64,000 nt of DNA, from positions 572,130 through 636,129 of the forward strand of contig NW_005434671.1 in assembly GCF_000315625.1 (NCBI RefSeq), read 5' to 3'. This DNA comes from Guillardia theta CCMP2712. Lineage: Eukaryota > Protista > Cryptophyta. The translations under genes were made by a program, and so were the position numbers. Below the pieces are notes generated by a model, which saw nothing but the letters and a program-made list of their open reading frames with translations, made no database searches and was not told the DNA's origin. This document shows positions 1 to 13,368 of the stretch, piece by piece. Each line of letters starts with the position of its first letter. Within the stretch, counting starts at the first letter, position 1.

Positions 1-2574
1 GGAGGAGGGCAAGCATCGTTACGAGGTCTATCATGGAGATCGTCTCTATCCTCAGGTTGGAGATCAGGGTCATGCTCGCCAAAGTGCCGACCTAACGAAC
101 GTCAGCAAAGGAGCAGCAGCAGCAGCAGCAGCAGGAAGGGGCCCACCAGAATCATGGAAACGACGATCATGGCAACAACACAGAGGATCTGCCACCAAGG
201 AACGAGTGAGACGACCAGGATCGGCGATGCTTCTGTCACCGGATGAGGAATGATGATGACGGTAACCAAGAAGCAGGCAGCGGCCTGCACCAGACCGTGA
301 GCAGCAGCGAATAGCAGCAGCTTCCGTCAGCACAGCAGCAGCAATAGCGGGCATCAGGGCGTTACCGCATAGACAAGGTTCAAGATGGTCTGTGTCACAA
401 TGATGGCTGAGGCTTCGAAGAAGACGAACGTGTTGTCCACATCGACAGTGAGCGGGCGGTCGTGCAAGTCGTGCGGGAAGTTGTCGTCAAGAATGCTTCT
501 GATCTTCTTGAGACAAGGGACGCCAGTCTTGTCCCCGCTCGTGGTCTTGGGAGGTATCTGCCTCACCCTGAAGCGACTCATCAGCATCCTCCACTCCGAC
601 GGCTTGTCCTTGTCAATCACGAAGTCTGGCTGAAATATTTCTCCGGCACCCTCCAGCCACGTTCGCAGCTCCTCCTTGAAGGCTGGTCCGTTCAGATCCT
701 CCGGCCTCACTCCTTTATTGGTCTCGTACTGGTTGAAATCTCGCAGCCATAGCCCGTTGCGTTCGCGGAGGAAGCAGGCATCGTCTTCGATCGTGGCTAC
801 CACGCGCAGGAGCTTATCCCTTTCTGCCCGAACGCTCAGGTCGGAGGAGTGAGCAGGAACAGCAACGGTGTACAAAGGACCGACACTGTTGAACAGCCTG
901 AAGTTCTGCGTCACAAACGTCGTCCAGTAAGAGTCCGAGGAGGCCAGGTCTCGCAGGTCCAGCCCGGTCCCGACATTCGCTGCCCCGTACAGTGCGATCC
1001 CGAGGTAACCCGCGAAACCGAGGAGAACCAGGGCTGCGACTTTGGGTTGGAGGAGGAACGCGCCGTAGCCCGCCGCGAACCGTGTCACGTACGCCGTCTC
1101 AGGCTGAGTCCTGCAGTCCCCCTCGGCATTGAGGTAGCTGGTGCTGGCGGGGCTTGCCTGGCTGTCGTAGCGCGGGGACCAGAGGACGCCCCTCCCTAGC
1201 AGCAGCCACCACCAGGAGAGCTGGCAGTACTCGCGATGAGCATCGAGGGCCATGAAGGCTCCGAAGAAGAGGAGCTGGTGGACGAAGAGGAGGATAACCC
1301 CGGAAGCCGCGTACGCACAGAAGCCTTGCACAGCAGGGAAGCTGCTGGAGGCTCCCACGGCGAAGGCAATGAAGTCGGTGATGGAGGTGAAGAAGATTGA
1401 CGTGCCAGCGGTCTTGAAGGTCAGGAACATCCGCTGCTGCACGCTCGCATCGGCTGGGAGGTGCGCAGCAGAGTAGTGGTACGCCTGCACGAGCACGAAC
1501 GAGTCGTCCACTCCAAGCCCCAGCAGCAGGAAGGAGACGAAGGCAACGACGGGGTTGTACTTGACCCTGCAGTACCCCATGAGCCCGAAAGCGCTTCCGA
1601 TGGCCAGGAAGACGGACAGGCAGGCGCAGAGGCCAAGAGCGCCCTTGGACGCGACCCTGTCCATGAAGGAGTGCATGACGACGAAGGCGAAGAGGGATAC
1701 GGCGACGAAGGAGATTACCAGGAGGATCGTGTCGCCGCTGGTGCTCTTGGACAACTCCATCTGGCTCGATCTCGATATCTCGTACGCGATCTTGAAGCGA
1801 CAGGAGGGAGGCAAGCTCTGGCTGGCCGACTCGATCAGATCCAAGAAGGAGTTCTCCCACAGATTCGAAACCTCAGCTGACACCTCTGTGCTGAGTTGAT
1901 AGTAAAGCTTCCACCCCTCAACCCGCTGCAACCTGCTACCATTCGCAGAGGTCTCCCGTCCTCCCGCAAACGTGGCTACAGGGATGTCCCCGTAAGGGGT
2001 CAAGGAGAGCCACGTAGGAGGCAAGTTGAAGATCTCTGAGTCCTTGAGCTCCACGACTCCGACGAACTTGCAAGAGTCTGGATACCCAGGCAACTTGAAC
2101 CGTTGGCACACGTCCTTGAAGGCAACCTTGCCCTCCCCATCTGCCGATGAGGCGTTTCGAACCTCCATCCTCACGATAGCCTCGTGGATGCTCCTTATCT
2201 GCCCGATCGTCTCCGCGTCCAGCAGGTTTCCTCCCTCCTCCTTTGAGTAGAGCACCACCTGACTGCCATGCTCCGGCTCAGCAACAAGTTGAGGTAAAGA
2301 AGCAATGGTTTCACCTGTATCGGGCTGCCTTGCGACTAGTTGGGAAATATTTTCGGTACAGGTCTCTCTCTTCTCTTGCTCTGTTGCCTTTGGAAGGCGA
2401 GTACAGCACCTCCGCTGAGTTCTCTGCCTCGATCATCTTTGTCCCGTACAGCAGGCTGAAGCATATGGCGAGAGAGAGCAATATCGACCGAGCAGGGTAG
2501 ACTGCAACGTAGAGCCCGACCCCTCCAAAGAAATCAGAGAGTTTCTCCTCCATGTAGATCACAGCGGAGTTCAT
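1..2574 (-). CDS. Patched/NPC1-like sterol-sensing-domain (RND) membrane protein, multi-exon, 3' end runs off the window
   Basis: Exon 1 2574-2315 (MNSAVIY...TM...EVLYSP), intron 2314-2259, long exon 2258-366 with SSD motif FLLLGLGVDDSFVLV, 'AGTSIFFTSITDFIAFAVGASSSFPAVQGFC' and 'GLDLRDLASSDSY'; further TM exons toward base 1. Confidence 0.88.
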
Positions 2575-2761
2575 CTCGGTTTCCCACTACGTTGTCCCGA
2601 TATACATCTGTGACTCTTTGCTTGGAACTGGTTATCTTGCTCTTTCTTTCGTCGCCTCGCGCATTCTTACCCCTTCCTCATCCTGCCCTGCCTCAAATGG
2701 CCAGTCCTGATACCTCACCCCCTCTCCCCCTCTTCTCCCCTCATCTCACTTCCAAACTCTG

Positions 2762-2833
2762 TTCCTCTTCCATCGTCTGTTTCCTGTTCATCCTTTCTTC
2801 CTCTTCCATCGTCTGTTTCCTGTTCATCCTTTC
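2762..2833. repeat. Exact 36-bp tandem duplication in pyrimidine-rich upstream region
   Basis: TTCCTCTTCCATCGTCTGTTTCCTGTTCATCCTTTC occurs twice back to back. Confidence 0.9.
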
Positions 2834-3235
2834 TTGCTCTTCCATACTCTCTCCGTCTCTCACTCCTCCATATTCGCCTTCCTCGCTCCCTCGCCTTTCC
2901 ACATGTTCACAGACTGTACCGCACCATTCTGACTATAATAGCCCAGGAGTCCCGCCGCTGGTACTAATGTTTACTCAAAACAGCCATTTAAAACCTTGTT
3001 GCCAACGGTGTGCACATGTAGTAAAGTCAAGTTCTTAAAGCACATGGCTATATTGGAGCTAAACTATAGCAGAGGCACTAATATAAAATCGCAAGGTGTG
3101 TACCCTTCAGCCTCCCTAGGTCGGTGCCGGCAACAGCCCGTGACTCATATCAACAGGCCCGCCTCGGTGGCAACAGGAAATTGAAAGGTATCGTACGGTA
3201 TGAGGGGCAAATTGACGAGCGTTGGCGAGTTGGGC

Positions 3236-6200
3236 ATGTCGGAGGAAGCAGAAGAGGTAAGGGGGGGATGCGGCTGTCGCGCTATGGCCTGCGACTTGCT
3301 CTCGTCCCATGTGCTCACCATGAGCTAGAGGGGTCCCGTGCCGGCCACGATGCCATGCAACACTAGTTGCTCATCGTTGCTTCATACTCCCTCTCCGCTT
3401 GGAGAGCTGATGTTGTTACCTTTCGGTGCCCGGTGTTGAAGTGCGATGAGTTCGTGTGCCGATTCGTTCACTGGGAACCGATATCGTGTTATTCACTTGC
3501 GTGCTATGTGCAATTCATTGCATTATTCTCCGCCTGTCTTCTGTGTATACTCCATTGTTCTAGCATTTGCTCTTCAACCGTTACTGCTGCATGTTGTCGG
3601 AACTGACGATGGGTTTTGAAGGAGTCCAACGTGTGGGCCGAGGAGGCACGGAAGCTCCTCGAGATGCCTGGAGAAAAGCTCCTTCGTCGGCAGTCAGGGT
3701 CATACAATGAAGGAAGATCGGTGGGTTTCAACAGGTTCCCAGCAGGGGAGGGAGAAGGAGAAGAAGTCCCGCAGGACGCACAAGAAGGCAAGGTAGATGA
3801 TCTCGAGAGCAGGCGCGTCGGGTCTGCTCGACCATGGGGATCCGTTGCCGAGAAGTATGATGAGGATGATCTCAAGAGGTTCCTCGATGCTCATGGTGCA
3901 AGCTTGCCGAAGCCAGAGGTGCTCGCTGGGGATTCCTTCGAGGAGGAGCAAGACGTGGGGATGGCGGAGAGTGACGGCGAGCTTGATGGAGCCCTGCAGA
4001 GAGGGGAGGAGGAGGAAGAAGGCGTCTACTATGAGGCGAGCGGGGATGGGGCGGTGCCCGGGTCATTGGTCAACAGCTCGTGGGAGTCGTCGGAGAGCCA
4101 CGAGGTGAGAGGGTCGAGGAGTCTGCGACAGACCGTCCGACAGAAACGAGTGGTGGGCGGTGTGATCAGCACGTACAAGGACAAGAAGGAGATGCAGGAA
4201 GTGCTGGAGCGACGAGCGGCGCTGTCGTACATCCAGACGACAAGGGAGGGCGTACAGAGGAAGGAGACGGTGCTGAGGGAGGCAGAGGGCAGGGTGGCGT
4301 CGAAGCGGCAGAACATAGATGAGATGAGTAGCAAGATCAATCTGATGCGAGATGAGAGCTCGAAGCTTGACGCTGAAGATCATTTCGGGAACCTCAACAA
4401 GATCAAGAGCATCCAGAGCAAGATTCAGTCGTTGGAGCTGAAGCGCGATGACGAGATGCGAAGTCTGAAGGAAGAGGAGGACATAGAGTATGTGGCAAGA
4501 ACAGAGTTCAACCGAGCTCAGATTCAACTCCGGAAGGTGGAGGAGGTGGAGCAGGATCTGATCGAGGAGGAAAACTTGCACAATGACGAGCTCAAGGTCG
4601 CGGCAGAGATGCGAGCAGAGAAAGAGGTTCAAGCCGCGATGAGGATGGGTCAACGGAGGGAAGGGAGGAGAATCGCAGCTGCAGAGCAGCACATTCGGAA
4701 CCTTGAGAAGACGAACAATGCGATCGAGTACGCCAAGGCAGGAAGAGTCGCAGCGTTGAGGAGGGTGAGGGAGGCGCGGGCCCAACAGGCAGCGGCCGAG
4801 CAGCAGTTCGAGGAGAAGAAGGAGCAGGATCACTTGAAGAGGGCGGAGGCTCTGCTGGAGCTGAAGGGAAATATGGAGTCAGCCTTCGATAAGATCCGAG
4901 GAGCCAACGAGAAGCAGAGGAAGCGCCTGCGCATGATCGCAGCAAAGCGAGCAGCTGAGAAGTCCGAAATCCTCGCTGCCGGTGGAAACCCATACGCTGT
5001 GTGGAGGCAGCAGGATCACGCGCTGCAGAAGGAGCAGGAGAAGAGGAAGCGAGAGCAGCAAGCGAAGGAGCAGGAGACAAGATTGCTGAAACAGCTGATG
5101 GAGGAGGAGTCTCGTCGGCTGGAAAAGGAGGCGCAAGAGAGGAAGCACAGGGCTGTCTTGAAGCAGTTTCAAGCGGAGATGGGAGGGCAGGCAAAGCAGG
5201 ACCGAGTGATCGAGTACATGAGGACGAGGACGGTAGGAAGCGTCGACGTGTTGGACCCCACGGGGCGGGAGGCGAGGATCTATCCCTCCAAGGCCACCGT
5301 CCTCATGGACTGGAAGTTCGGCCTTGGGATCAAGCCTCACCCTAAAGGAGCTCAGCCTGGGGAGGAGGTTCCTCCAGGGTTCCCTCGAGGGTACGAGGAG
5401 GGAGATCCTGCGGCAGTGAAGGAGGAGGGCTGGAGGGTGACGCAGAAGTCGCGGCTCATTGACAAGGTACAGGATCTGTACCCCGAGGAAAGTTTCAACG
5501 CCACCCTGGTGGGCTCGAGGGCCTTGGACGATACGGTGAGGGCCAAGACGACCAAGTCCGCGAAGAAGGAGGAGGTGGAGATGGTGAAGAAGCTGGACCA
5601 GACCGGCGGAAAGGCGGAGGAGGAGCAGGAGATTCAACAAGCCAAGGGCAGCCAAACGGCCGGGCAGGAGGAGGAGAAGAAGGAGGTGTTCGCCGTCCCC
5701 GAATTCCAAGGGATATGGGACTCGTCAAAGAGTGTGGCAGTAGACAAGGAGAGGAGGTGGGGGAACGGCCTGTCGAAGCTGGAGCAGGAGTACTTGAAGC
5801 AGGCAATGGAGCGGAAGAAGGAAGGGTACGGGTGGATCGAGAAGCAGGTGGTCTGGGGGAGAGAGTTCAAGGGGACGGCGTTCGTGCCCTCGGAGAAGGG
5901 GCGAGACGTGACGGCGGTGGAGTTTGTCGACTTCGAGCCGGGGAAGACGTACAAGAAGAAGGTCACCCTGACTAACGCGTCGTTCGCGTTCAACACGTTC
6001 AAGCTGCTGGAGCTCACGGACTCGGTCAAGGACTTCTTCGTCATCTCGTACAACCACCCGGGGTCGCTCTCTCCTGGCATGACGTGTGACCTGCTGATCC
6101 GCTTCGAGCCCAAGATCAACGAGGACATCGAAGAGGCCATCCCCCTCCTCTGCCAGACCGGCCCGCAGGACATCCCCCTCCGCTGCTACACCAAGAAGGT

Positions 6201-7571
6201 CAACATCTCCACCTCCACTCCTGAGATCGAGCTGGACGCAGTGCTGGGGGAGGTGGTGCACGGGGAGATCGTGCTGGTAAACAGGGGGGCGCTGTCCTGC
6301 CCGGTCAAGATCCGGCAGCTGCGGGAGCGGCCGAGGGAGGGTTGTCTGGTGGAGGACCTGGCGCGGGCGGAGGAGGAGGAGGGCTACGAGGAGAGGGAGA
6401 GCTCGTTGTCGTACGAGGAGGAGGCGATCGTGGCAGGATACTCGACGACCAAGATCCGCATCACCCTCACTCCCCAGCAGCCGTCGAGCAAGGAGGTCCT
6501 GCTGCACCTGTGCTTCCAGAAGAACCTCTCCAAGCCGCAGTCGGACGACATCGTCGTCTCCGTGCGAGCCAACGTGCATGACGTGCCGATCTACGTGGAG
6601 GAGGAGATCATCGACCTGCGATGCTGCTGCTTCGACGTCGTCTACTCGCAAGTCCTCCAGGTTCGCAACCGAGGCAAAGTCGCGCTCAAGGCGCTGCCCA
6701 CGGTCCCTCCCGCCCTCCGCAGCTCGATTAAGTTCTCTCCGGACATGGCATACGTGCAGGCGAGGAGCAGGGAGGGGGTCGACGGGGTGTTCAACTTCCA
6801 GATGAAGTTCGAGCCGACGAGCGCGTTCCTGCAGCTCGCGAGAGATTTCATCATGGAGGGCCCGACGGGCAAGCTGGACGCCTTCGCCATCCCCCTCACC
6901 GTCTCAGTCCCCGACCAGAAGCTGCCCGTCAACTTCGAGCTACGCGTGCAGCTCACGGACGCCGGGGTGCAGCTGGACAAGCAGGAGCTCGACTTCGGGG
7001 AGTGCTCTACCTCCGACGCTGTCTCCATCCCCCTCAGCATACACAACCCCTCCGAGCTCCCCACCCGAGTCGGATTCCTCAGCCTTCCCCGCGGGCTCTC
7101 CATCAACCCGGACATGGGGCTGTGCTCGCTGCTGCCGGGGGAGACAAGGACGCTGCAGGTGGTCTTCGCTCCCTTCACCGACACGGACTTCGACTTGAGG
7201 ATCGTCTGCTCGACCTCTGCCAACAAGAAGTACCCCATCCGTTGCCGGGGGAGGGGCGTCAAGAACCCCCTCAAGCTCAGCTGCTCCAACTTCGTCCTCA
7301 GGCCCTGCGCGTACGGCGATCGGGTCACCGAGTCGCTCTCCCTCGCCAACGTCTCCTCCTCCGAGCAGACGATCGAGGTTGTCGTCCCCCGGGCCAGCGG
7401 GCTCAAGATCAGCCCCCTCGTCGCGAAGCTCCAGCCCGGCCACTCCATCCGCGTCCAGCTAGACTTCAGCCCTCCCTTCCCTCCGCCAAAGGTCCTTGAA
7501 CTGCTCAAGGCTACGAGGAAGGGCAAGCGAGCAGTTGCTGAGGGGGAGGAGCAGGAGGGAGAACAGGAAGG

Positions 7572-7612
<41 letters not shown>

Positions 7613-8811
7613 AGGAGGGAGGAGAGAGAGATGCTCCTGAGGGAGAAGAAGGGCAAGAAGGCAAAGCTGCAGATAAGTCGGAGGAGGAGGCGAACGAGAT
7701 GCTGAACGGGCTGAACGAGTCGGAGAGGAGGATACGTGGAGCGCTGTTGATCGATCAGATGCGATCGGTAGAGGGAGAGGAGTGGTCCCGGCACGAGACA
7801 TGGCAGGTCCGCCCTCGAAACCTTTGAACTTGCCCCGCACTGTGAAGTAGCTCTCCCTCCTGCTCCTCTTCCTTCACCTCCTCCCAGTCCTCTTTTGTCC
7901 CACTGACTCCTGTTATGCAGCTTCCCATCTTCGTCAAGAACGGGCCCGTCTCCTTTCTCCAGGTCTTTCCACCTCCTCCTCCTCCTCCTCCTCCTCCTCC
8001 TCCTCCTCCTCCTCCTCCTCCTCCTCCTCCTCCTCCTCCTCCTCCTCCTCCTCCTCCTCCTCCTCCTCCTCCTCCTCCTCTTCCTCTTCCTCTTCCTCTT
8101 CCTTGTATGCGCCCTCCTCTTCCTCTTCCTCTTCCTNNNNNNNNNNNNNNNNNNNNNNNNNNNNNNNNNNNNNNNNNNNNNNNNNNNNNNNNNNNNNNNN
8201 NNNNNNNNNNNNNNNNNNNNNNNNNNNNNNNNNNNNGGAGGAGGAGGAGGAGGAGGAGGAGGAGGAGGAGGAGGAGGGGGGGGGGGGGGGGGCGAAGTTG
8301 GGGGGGAAGAGGAGGAGAGATTGAAGTGAGTATGGCAGGACGAAACGAAGACGGAGAGCTTTCAGCTAGAGCACACGTTCCCTCAGAACCTCGCACAGGT
8401 CAGCCCTCTCTCGTCCTTTCCTTTCTTCCCCTCCCCTCCCCTCCTGTCCTCTCCCTTCCTTCCTTCTTGCCTCCCTCGCCCCTCGCACTCACTGCGTCGG
8501 CTCAGAGCAAGGAGACAGCAGATCACTCCTTCATCGTCGGCAACTGCGGCGCCAAGGCACCGGGCGAGTTTGTGCTGTCGGACATCAAGGAGGCAGAGAG
8601 CATGGGCTTCGTCTTCGACCAGGCGGCGGGTAAGGTGGACGCGGGGGGGAGGGTCTCGCTGCTGGTCAAGTACACCCCTCCTCCCTCCAGCCCTCTCTCC
8701 ATGTGGAACGAGGTGACGGTCACGGGGGCTCTCAAGGGAGGCGATCCTCCCCCTCCCGGCGGCTCCCTCCCCTTGGAGATCCGCTTGAGGGGCTTCGTGG
8801 CGGCAGACTAG
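3236..8811 (+). CDS. CFAP74: Cilia- and flagella-associated protein 74 (coiled coil + multiple ASH/PapD-like Ig domains)
   Basis: Probable micro-exon MSEEAEE 3236-3256 with GTAAGG donor spliced in phase 0 to 3622. The 1403-aa ORF has an N-terminal coiled coil and CFAP74-like 'FVDFEPGKTYKKKVTLTNASFAFNTFKL...PGSLSPGMTCDLLIRFEPKINED' plus repeated 'LDFG..', 'L.N' ASH motifs. Last exon about 8506-8811. Confidence 0.85.
7972..8292. repeat. (CCT)n tract, 100-N gap (8137-8236), then (GGA)n/poly-G, inside a CFAP74 intron
   Basis: Directly visible; the gap length is a placeholder. Confidence 0.95.
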
Positions 8812-9379
8812 CAGCATGTAAATATGTAAAGATGAACACCATGAAGCCTCGCCCGCAGTCTCAGGCTCTTGCTTTGGAGCCTGCCGGCAAGCCGGAGACC
8901 CCGGATGGGCCTCGAACCCTAAGGCGCCCGCTTGGCCGGGCCGGCCCCCGGGAGCAGGGCCCGGGCCGGCCCACCGTGAGTGAGGCCCGGCCCGGACTCC
9001 GGGCCCGGAGCTGCCACGGGGCCGGGAGGCCCGGGCATCATTTCATGAGATGGTGAGGCGGACTTGTTGGCTCCTCTTCTTGATCCTTCGGCCTCCAATC
9101 CCTCTCAACCATGCACAGACCCAACCTCCTCCTCCTCCTCCTCCTCCTCCTCCTCCTCCTCCCGTCAACCTGTGTCCCTTCAGCTCTCCTGTTCTCCTCT
9201 ACATCCTCTACCTCCTTCTCCCCCTCCTCCACCACCTCCTCCTCCTCCTCTCCTACCTCCAACCCTTCTCAGTCATCGCCATTTTGTCGCTCGTCGCAGC
9301 GACTGAATGTTGTCTCGGACGCCTCACTGTCATTTGCGCCCACCCATTCTTCTTCCTCGTATGATTTGTTTCTACGATA

Positions 9380-12300
9380 CTCAACTCATCTTCTTGCCGT
9401 CTGTCCCTCGTCACGTCCTCGCGCACCTCCATGCCCTTGGCTCTTGCCTTCACCAGGAGCATTTCAAGCTGCGACTCAGGCCAGGGCAGCTGCAACGAGG
9501 ATGCAGAAGGCGAGTATGGAAAAGGAGATGCTGTCAAAGCGAGCCAAGCGGCGTATGCGGGCACCTCCATCGCAGCTGAGGGTTTGGATGGACGTGCTGA
9601 ACTCGACTGACGGGGGGCTGCTCCTCCTCCTCGACCTCGACAACAACGCGGACGCTCTTCCTCAGCTCGAAGATGCGCAGGTAGAAGAGGGGAAGGAGGA
9701 GGAGAGCATGACGAGCCGGGCAGGTGAAGGGGCTGCTGGACGGGTTTCGCATCCTCGGGTTTGCGGGAGTCGACTTCAGCGGCAGCATCCCGGCGTGGGT
9801 GGAGCTGCATCAGTGCAGGGTGAGAACGAAGAACGGAGCTGACTTCGTGCTCGCATTCGAAGCAGGTGCTGCTCGCTCCTCGTGTTGACTTGCGCTGAGA
9901 GGTCGACAGGCAGGATAGTAGCGAGGATGCAGCAGGAGGCGAGCGAGGGGGGCGGGAAGGCAATGCCGATCGCCGTCATCGTCTCGGCAGACGCTGGGAT
10001 GGAAGTGATCGCTGACCTGATGAGGGGGGAAGGAATCAGCTGCCACGTCATCAAGACTTTGGCAGACATCAGGACTGTCTGTCAAGCTCTGAGCTTGTTA
10101 TGAAGCATACTCTTAGTTACCGCGGCCATCCGTACTCCTCACGCTCTCCTACCGAGAAGGAGCCTGACCTTGGTGCCCGGCTGACCGATGATCATGCTGC
10201 GAATCTGCAAGAGAGCAGAGGCGTCAGAGCAACGAGGATGGAAGGAAGGAGATCTCAACCTGATCCACGGACATGTCGGTGACATTCACTCCGTCGACGG
10301 CGAGGAGGTAGTCCTCCAACTGCACTTGTCCGCTCTGTTTCGCCGTGCCCTACACATTTCAAGTCAACGAGTCAAGTTTGACGAGCTCGACCAGGCAAGG
10401 AAGTGACTGAAGGACTGGAGGGGAGCGGGGCTGCCGCTTCTGATACCTCGTTGAAGCTCGTGATGACGTAGTAGCTAGCAGGCGATGACTTGCCAAAGAC
10501 GATCCCGATGCCCGTCATCTGTCCGGGGGCGTTGGAGGCTCCGCGGAAGATTTCAACCTCACGGGTGGCGAGAGGCTGCGAGGGCTGGTGAGCGAGGGAG
10601 GACGGCAGGGAGCGACGCACCTGACTGGACAGCTGGGGAAGCGACTGAACCTGCGGCTGCACCTGCGCGTCCTTCTTGGGGGGAGGCATGGACTGTGCCG
10701 GACGAGAGATGGCAAGGCTAGCCAAGTCGGCCGCTGGGTTTGGCATGCTCGAAGTTGGAGGAGAGTGAAGCTCGTACGACGGCTGGATGGTGCTGGTCCC
10801 GTTCGGGGAATACTGTTCGGGGACGAGAGCGTCGCGGACTAGAGTGCTTGCAAGCTGCTCCTGATAGACACTCGATGGGCTGGCGGCCTGGAGCAGTAGA
10901 CGTCAGGTTGAGATTGCAAAAATCAAGAGGGAGGAGATGTCAGGTTCCTACCTGCTGCTGTGCCGATCCAACTGAGCTGCTGCTGGACATAGGGGTCAAA
11001 GTGACGTTGAAGTGCACTAGGGCATTGGGAGGCAGCGGCTTGCCCTGGAGCAACGGAGGGCGTGAGCAGGGAGGAAAGAGGCAGTGGGGCGGATCACGCA
11101 CCTGATCCTGGAAGGGGCACCAGATGTCAATCTTCTGACCAGCAGGGTAACGGGAGAGCTCGATGCCCGCAAGCTCAGCGACTGATTGAGGCTGAGCTCC
11201 TCCCGCCATCTCCGTCAAGGTGCCGCCAAGCAAGCAGCCCTCGAGCTCGGAGGCTGAGAGAATTACTTCGATCATCTCATGCCACACAGCTTGTTGCGAG
11301 CTTGGGTTCAGCGGGACCATCTTGGAGGCGAATGTCTTCCTCCCTCCCCCTGGCACGTTGCTCGGGTACTACATAGATCAGTCCATGTCGGTGGACCAAC
11401 ACTGTTATACCTGCATTGACAGAGTTGCTCCGACTTGACTTCCCGGAGAGACAGGAAGATTTTTGCCTTCAATGAAAAGGACTTGCACTTTATATGTGTC
11501 CGGCTGTTGGATCAGGTCAATGGCAGGCAGTCAAATACGCTCTAGTCCTTACCTTCACACTGTTTGGCTGCAGGCTTGCCAACGAGCTCGGACCTTTAAA
11601 CAGTAGAGATCAGAGGCGGTTGGAAAGCCCGAGATTAAAATACCGGAAGGAACACCTTGGCTCACGACACCTGCTGACTGCAGGAGGGTATGCTTAGGAG
11701 AACTCGAAGCCGGGGGCGAGGGCGTCTGTGAGCTGACCGGAACCGGAAGCTGGTAGCTGACAGGAGCAGGAGCCTGCAAGCTAGCAGGAGGGGGGGCCTG
11801 CAAGCTAGCAGGAGGGGGGGCCTGGTAGCTCACCGGGGCAGGGGCCTGGTAGCTCACCGGGGCAGGGGCCTGGTAGCTCACCGGGGCAGGGGCCTGGTAG
11901 CTCACCGGGGCAGGGGCCTGGTAGCTCACCGGGGCAGGGGCCTGGTAGCTCACCGGGGCAGGGGCCTGGTAGCTCGCTGGAGGCGAAGGAGTCCGGTTGC
12001 TCACGGGAGGCGAAGGAGACTGATAGCTTGTGGGTAGAGGAGCCTGGTAGCTGACTGGAGGCGAAGCTAGGTTGTCAACAGGAAGAGGAGCCTGGTAGCT
12101 AGCTGGAGGCGGGGCTTGATAGCTTGCCGGAGCAGGAGCCTGATAGATGGCTGGAGGTGTAGATGACCGCTGTGGATATGACATTGAGTTAGTCGAGGTC
12201 TTGTCATGCACAGTAGCGCGAGCTCTCACATTTTCTGCTGCATTCTTCAACACTCTCAGCTCGTGGCTTCTGAGGACCATGATGGGAGCAGGGAGGGCTT

Positions 12301-13368
12301 GCTCGTTCCGCTCCAGCCCCAGCTTGCACCAGGTTCCGATGGGACCCAGCACGGCCTCGTTGACCATGTTGGGGCTCCAGTTGCTGACTTCCACGTCATC
12401 GACCGTCAAGAGGATGTCACCCTGCCAACTCAGGTCACTCGCTCCTCATGCTCGGAGGCAGGCTCGCAACCTGTTGCACCCCCGACAACACCGCCGGGGC
12501 GTTGGGGAGGAGGTCTTCGACTCGGTACCTCGTGCCTCCCCGGGGATCGTTGACTTGTTGGAGGCTGATGCCGATCCCAGCCTTGCGCACGAGGTGCTGG
12601 TACCTGTGCCAACCTACAGGAGATTTCTGCATCCCCAACAATCCGATCAATCTGCATGCACGCCACCACGTACAAGACGGCAACCTGGATCAGCCCGATC
12701 CCGTCCAGGATGTCCACAACCTCAGCCGTGTCTCGCTGGTTGAAGATTTCGCTGCGAGGGAGGAGCAGTGAGACAGGTGAAGCCTGCAAGACAGAGGAGG
12801 ACGCACTCGACAGCGATGTTGGCGGAGGTATCATGCAGAGCGTACACGTTGATGCCCTTGCAGGTGTGCGTCTCGATGGGCTCCTTCAAACCGTCCCACG
12901 TCGCAATGACGTTGCACGACTGGAGTCGTTGCAGCTTGACGGGGGGAACGTCTCCTGCGACGGCGAAGTTGCAAAACTCGCAGTCAACCATGCTCGCCAT
13001 CGTGTTGACTTGGTCGATCATGATGGTGACATCCTTGCAGCTGCCAGGTGGATCAGCAACGACTGAGACAGCATGCGGTCCAACCTGACGATCTGAATTT
13101 CTCCGCACGACCCGTACAGCCTTATCATGCATTTGCTGCAGCGATTGATCGTCACTTTCGTGTTGGGCCACTCTCTCAAGTTGATCTGAACGTTCTGATC
13201 CTGTTGGATCCCCTGGACTAGCAGCCCACCATCTGAGGCTGGAGCGATGATGGGTGGGAGTTGCTTTCCACTTGCGTACAAATCAATATCTTGCTGGCTG
13301 CCGTGGACAGACATCTGAAAAGTAATGTGAGCGCAGTGAAACAGACTGAGACGATGCTGATGCTTCAT
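9380..13368 (-). CDS. Multi-exon protein: CAP C-terminal (CARP)-like beta-helix, PDZ, Pro-rich repeats, C2, PDZ; both ends uncertain
   Basis: CARP-like 'SCKDVTIMIDQVNTMASMVDCEFCNFAVAGDVPPVKLQRLQSCNV..EPIETHTCKGINV' (about 13060-12845). PDZ 'GIGISLQQ..YRVEDLLPNAPAVLSG..GDILLTVDDVEV..VLGPIGTWCKLGLER'. C2 'YKVQVLFIEGKNLP...AVWHEMIEV'. Second PDZ 'GIGIVFGK..YYVITSFNE..YLLAVDGVNV'. Confidence 0.75.
11740..12145 (-). repeat. 24-bp coding tandem repeat (SYQAPAPV)n
   Basis: About six exact copies of GGGGCCTGGTAGCTCACCGGGGCA (about 11817-11965) with degenerate flanking copies. Confidence 0.92.

Noticed and set aside
4029-7840. Long antisense and alternate-frame ORFs over CFAP74 and other genes
   Set aside because: Shadows of high-GC3 codon usage.
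7915-8400. Poly-Pro/poly-Arg coding stretch, or a giant CCT/GGA hairpin
   Set aside because: Intronic microsatellites on either side of an N gap; their true spacing is unknown.
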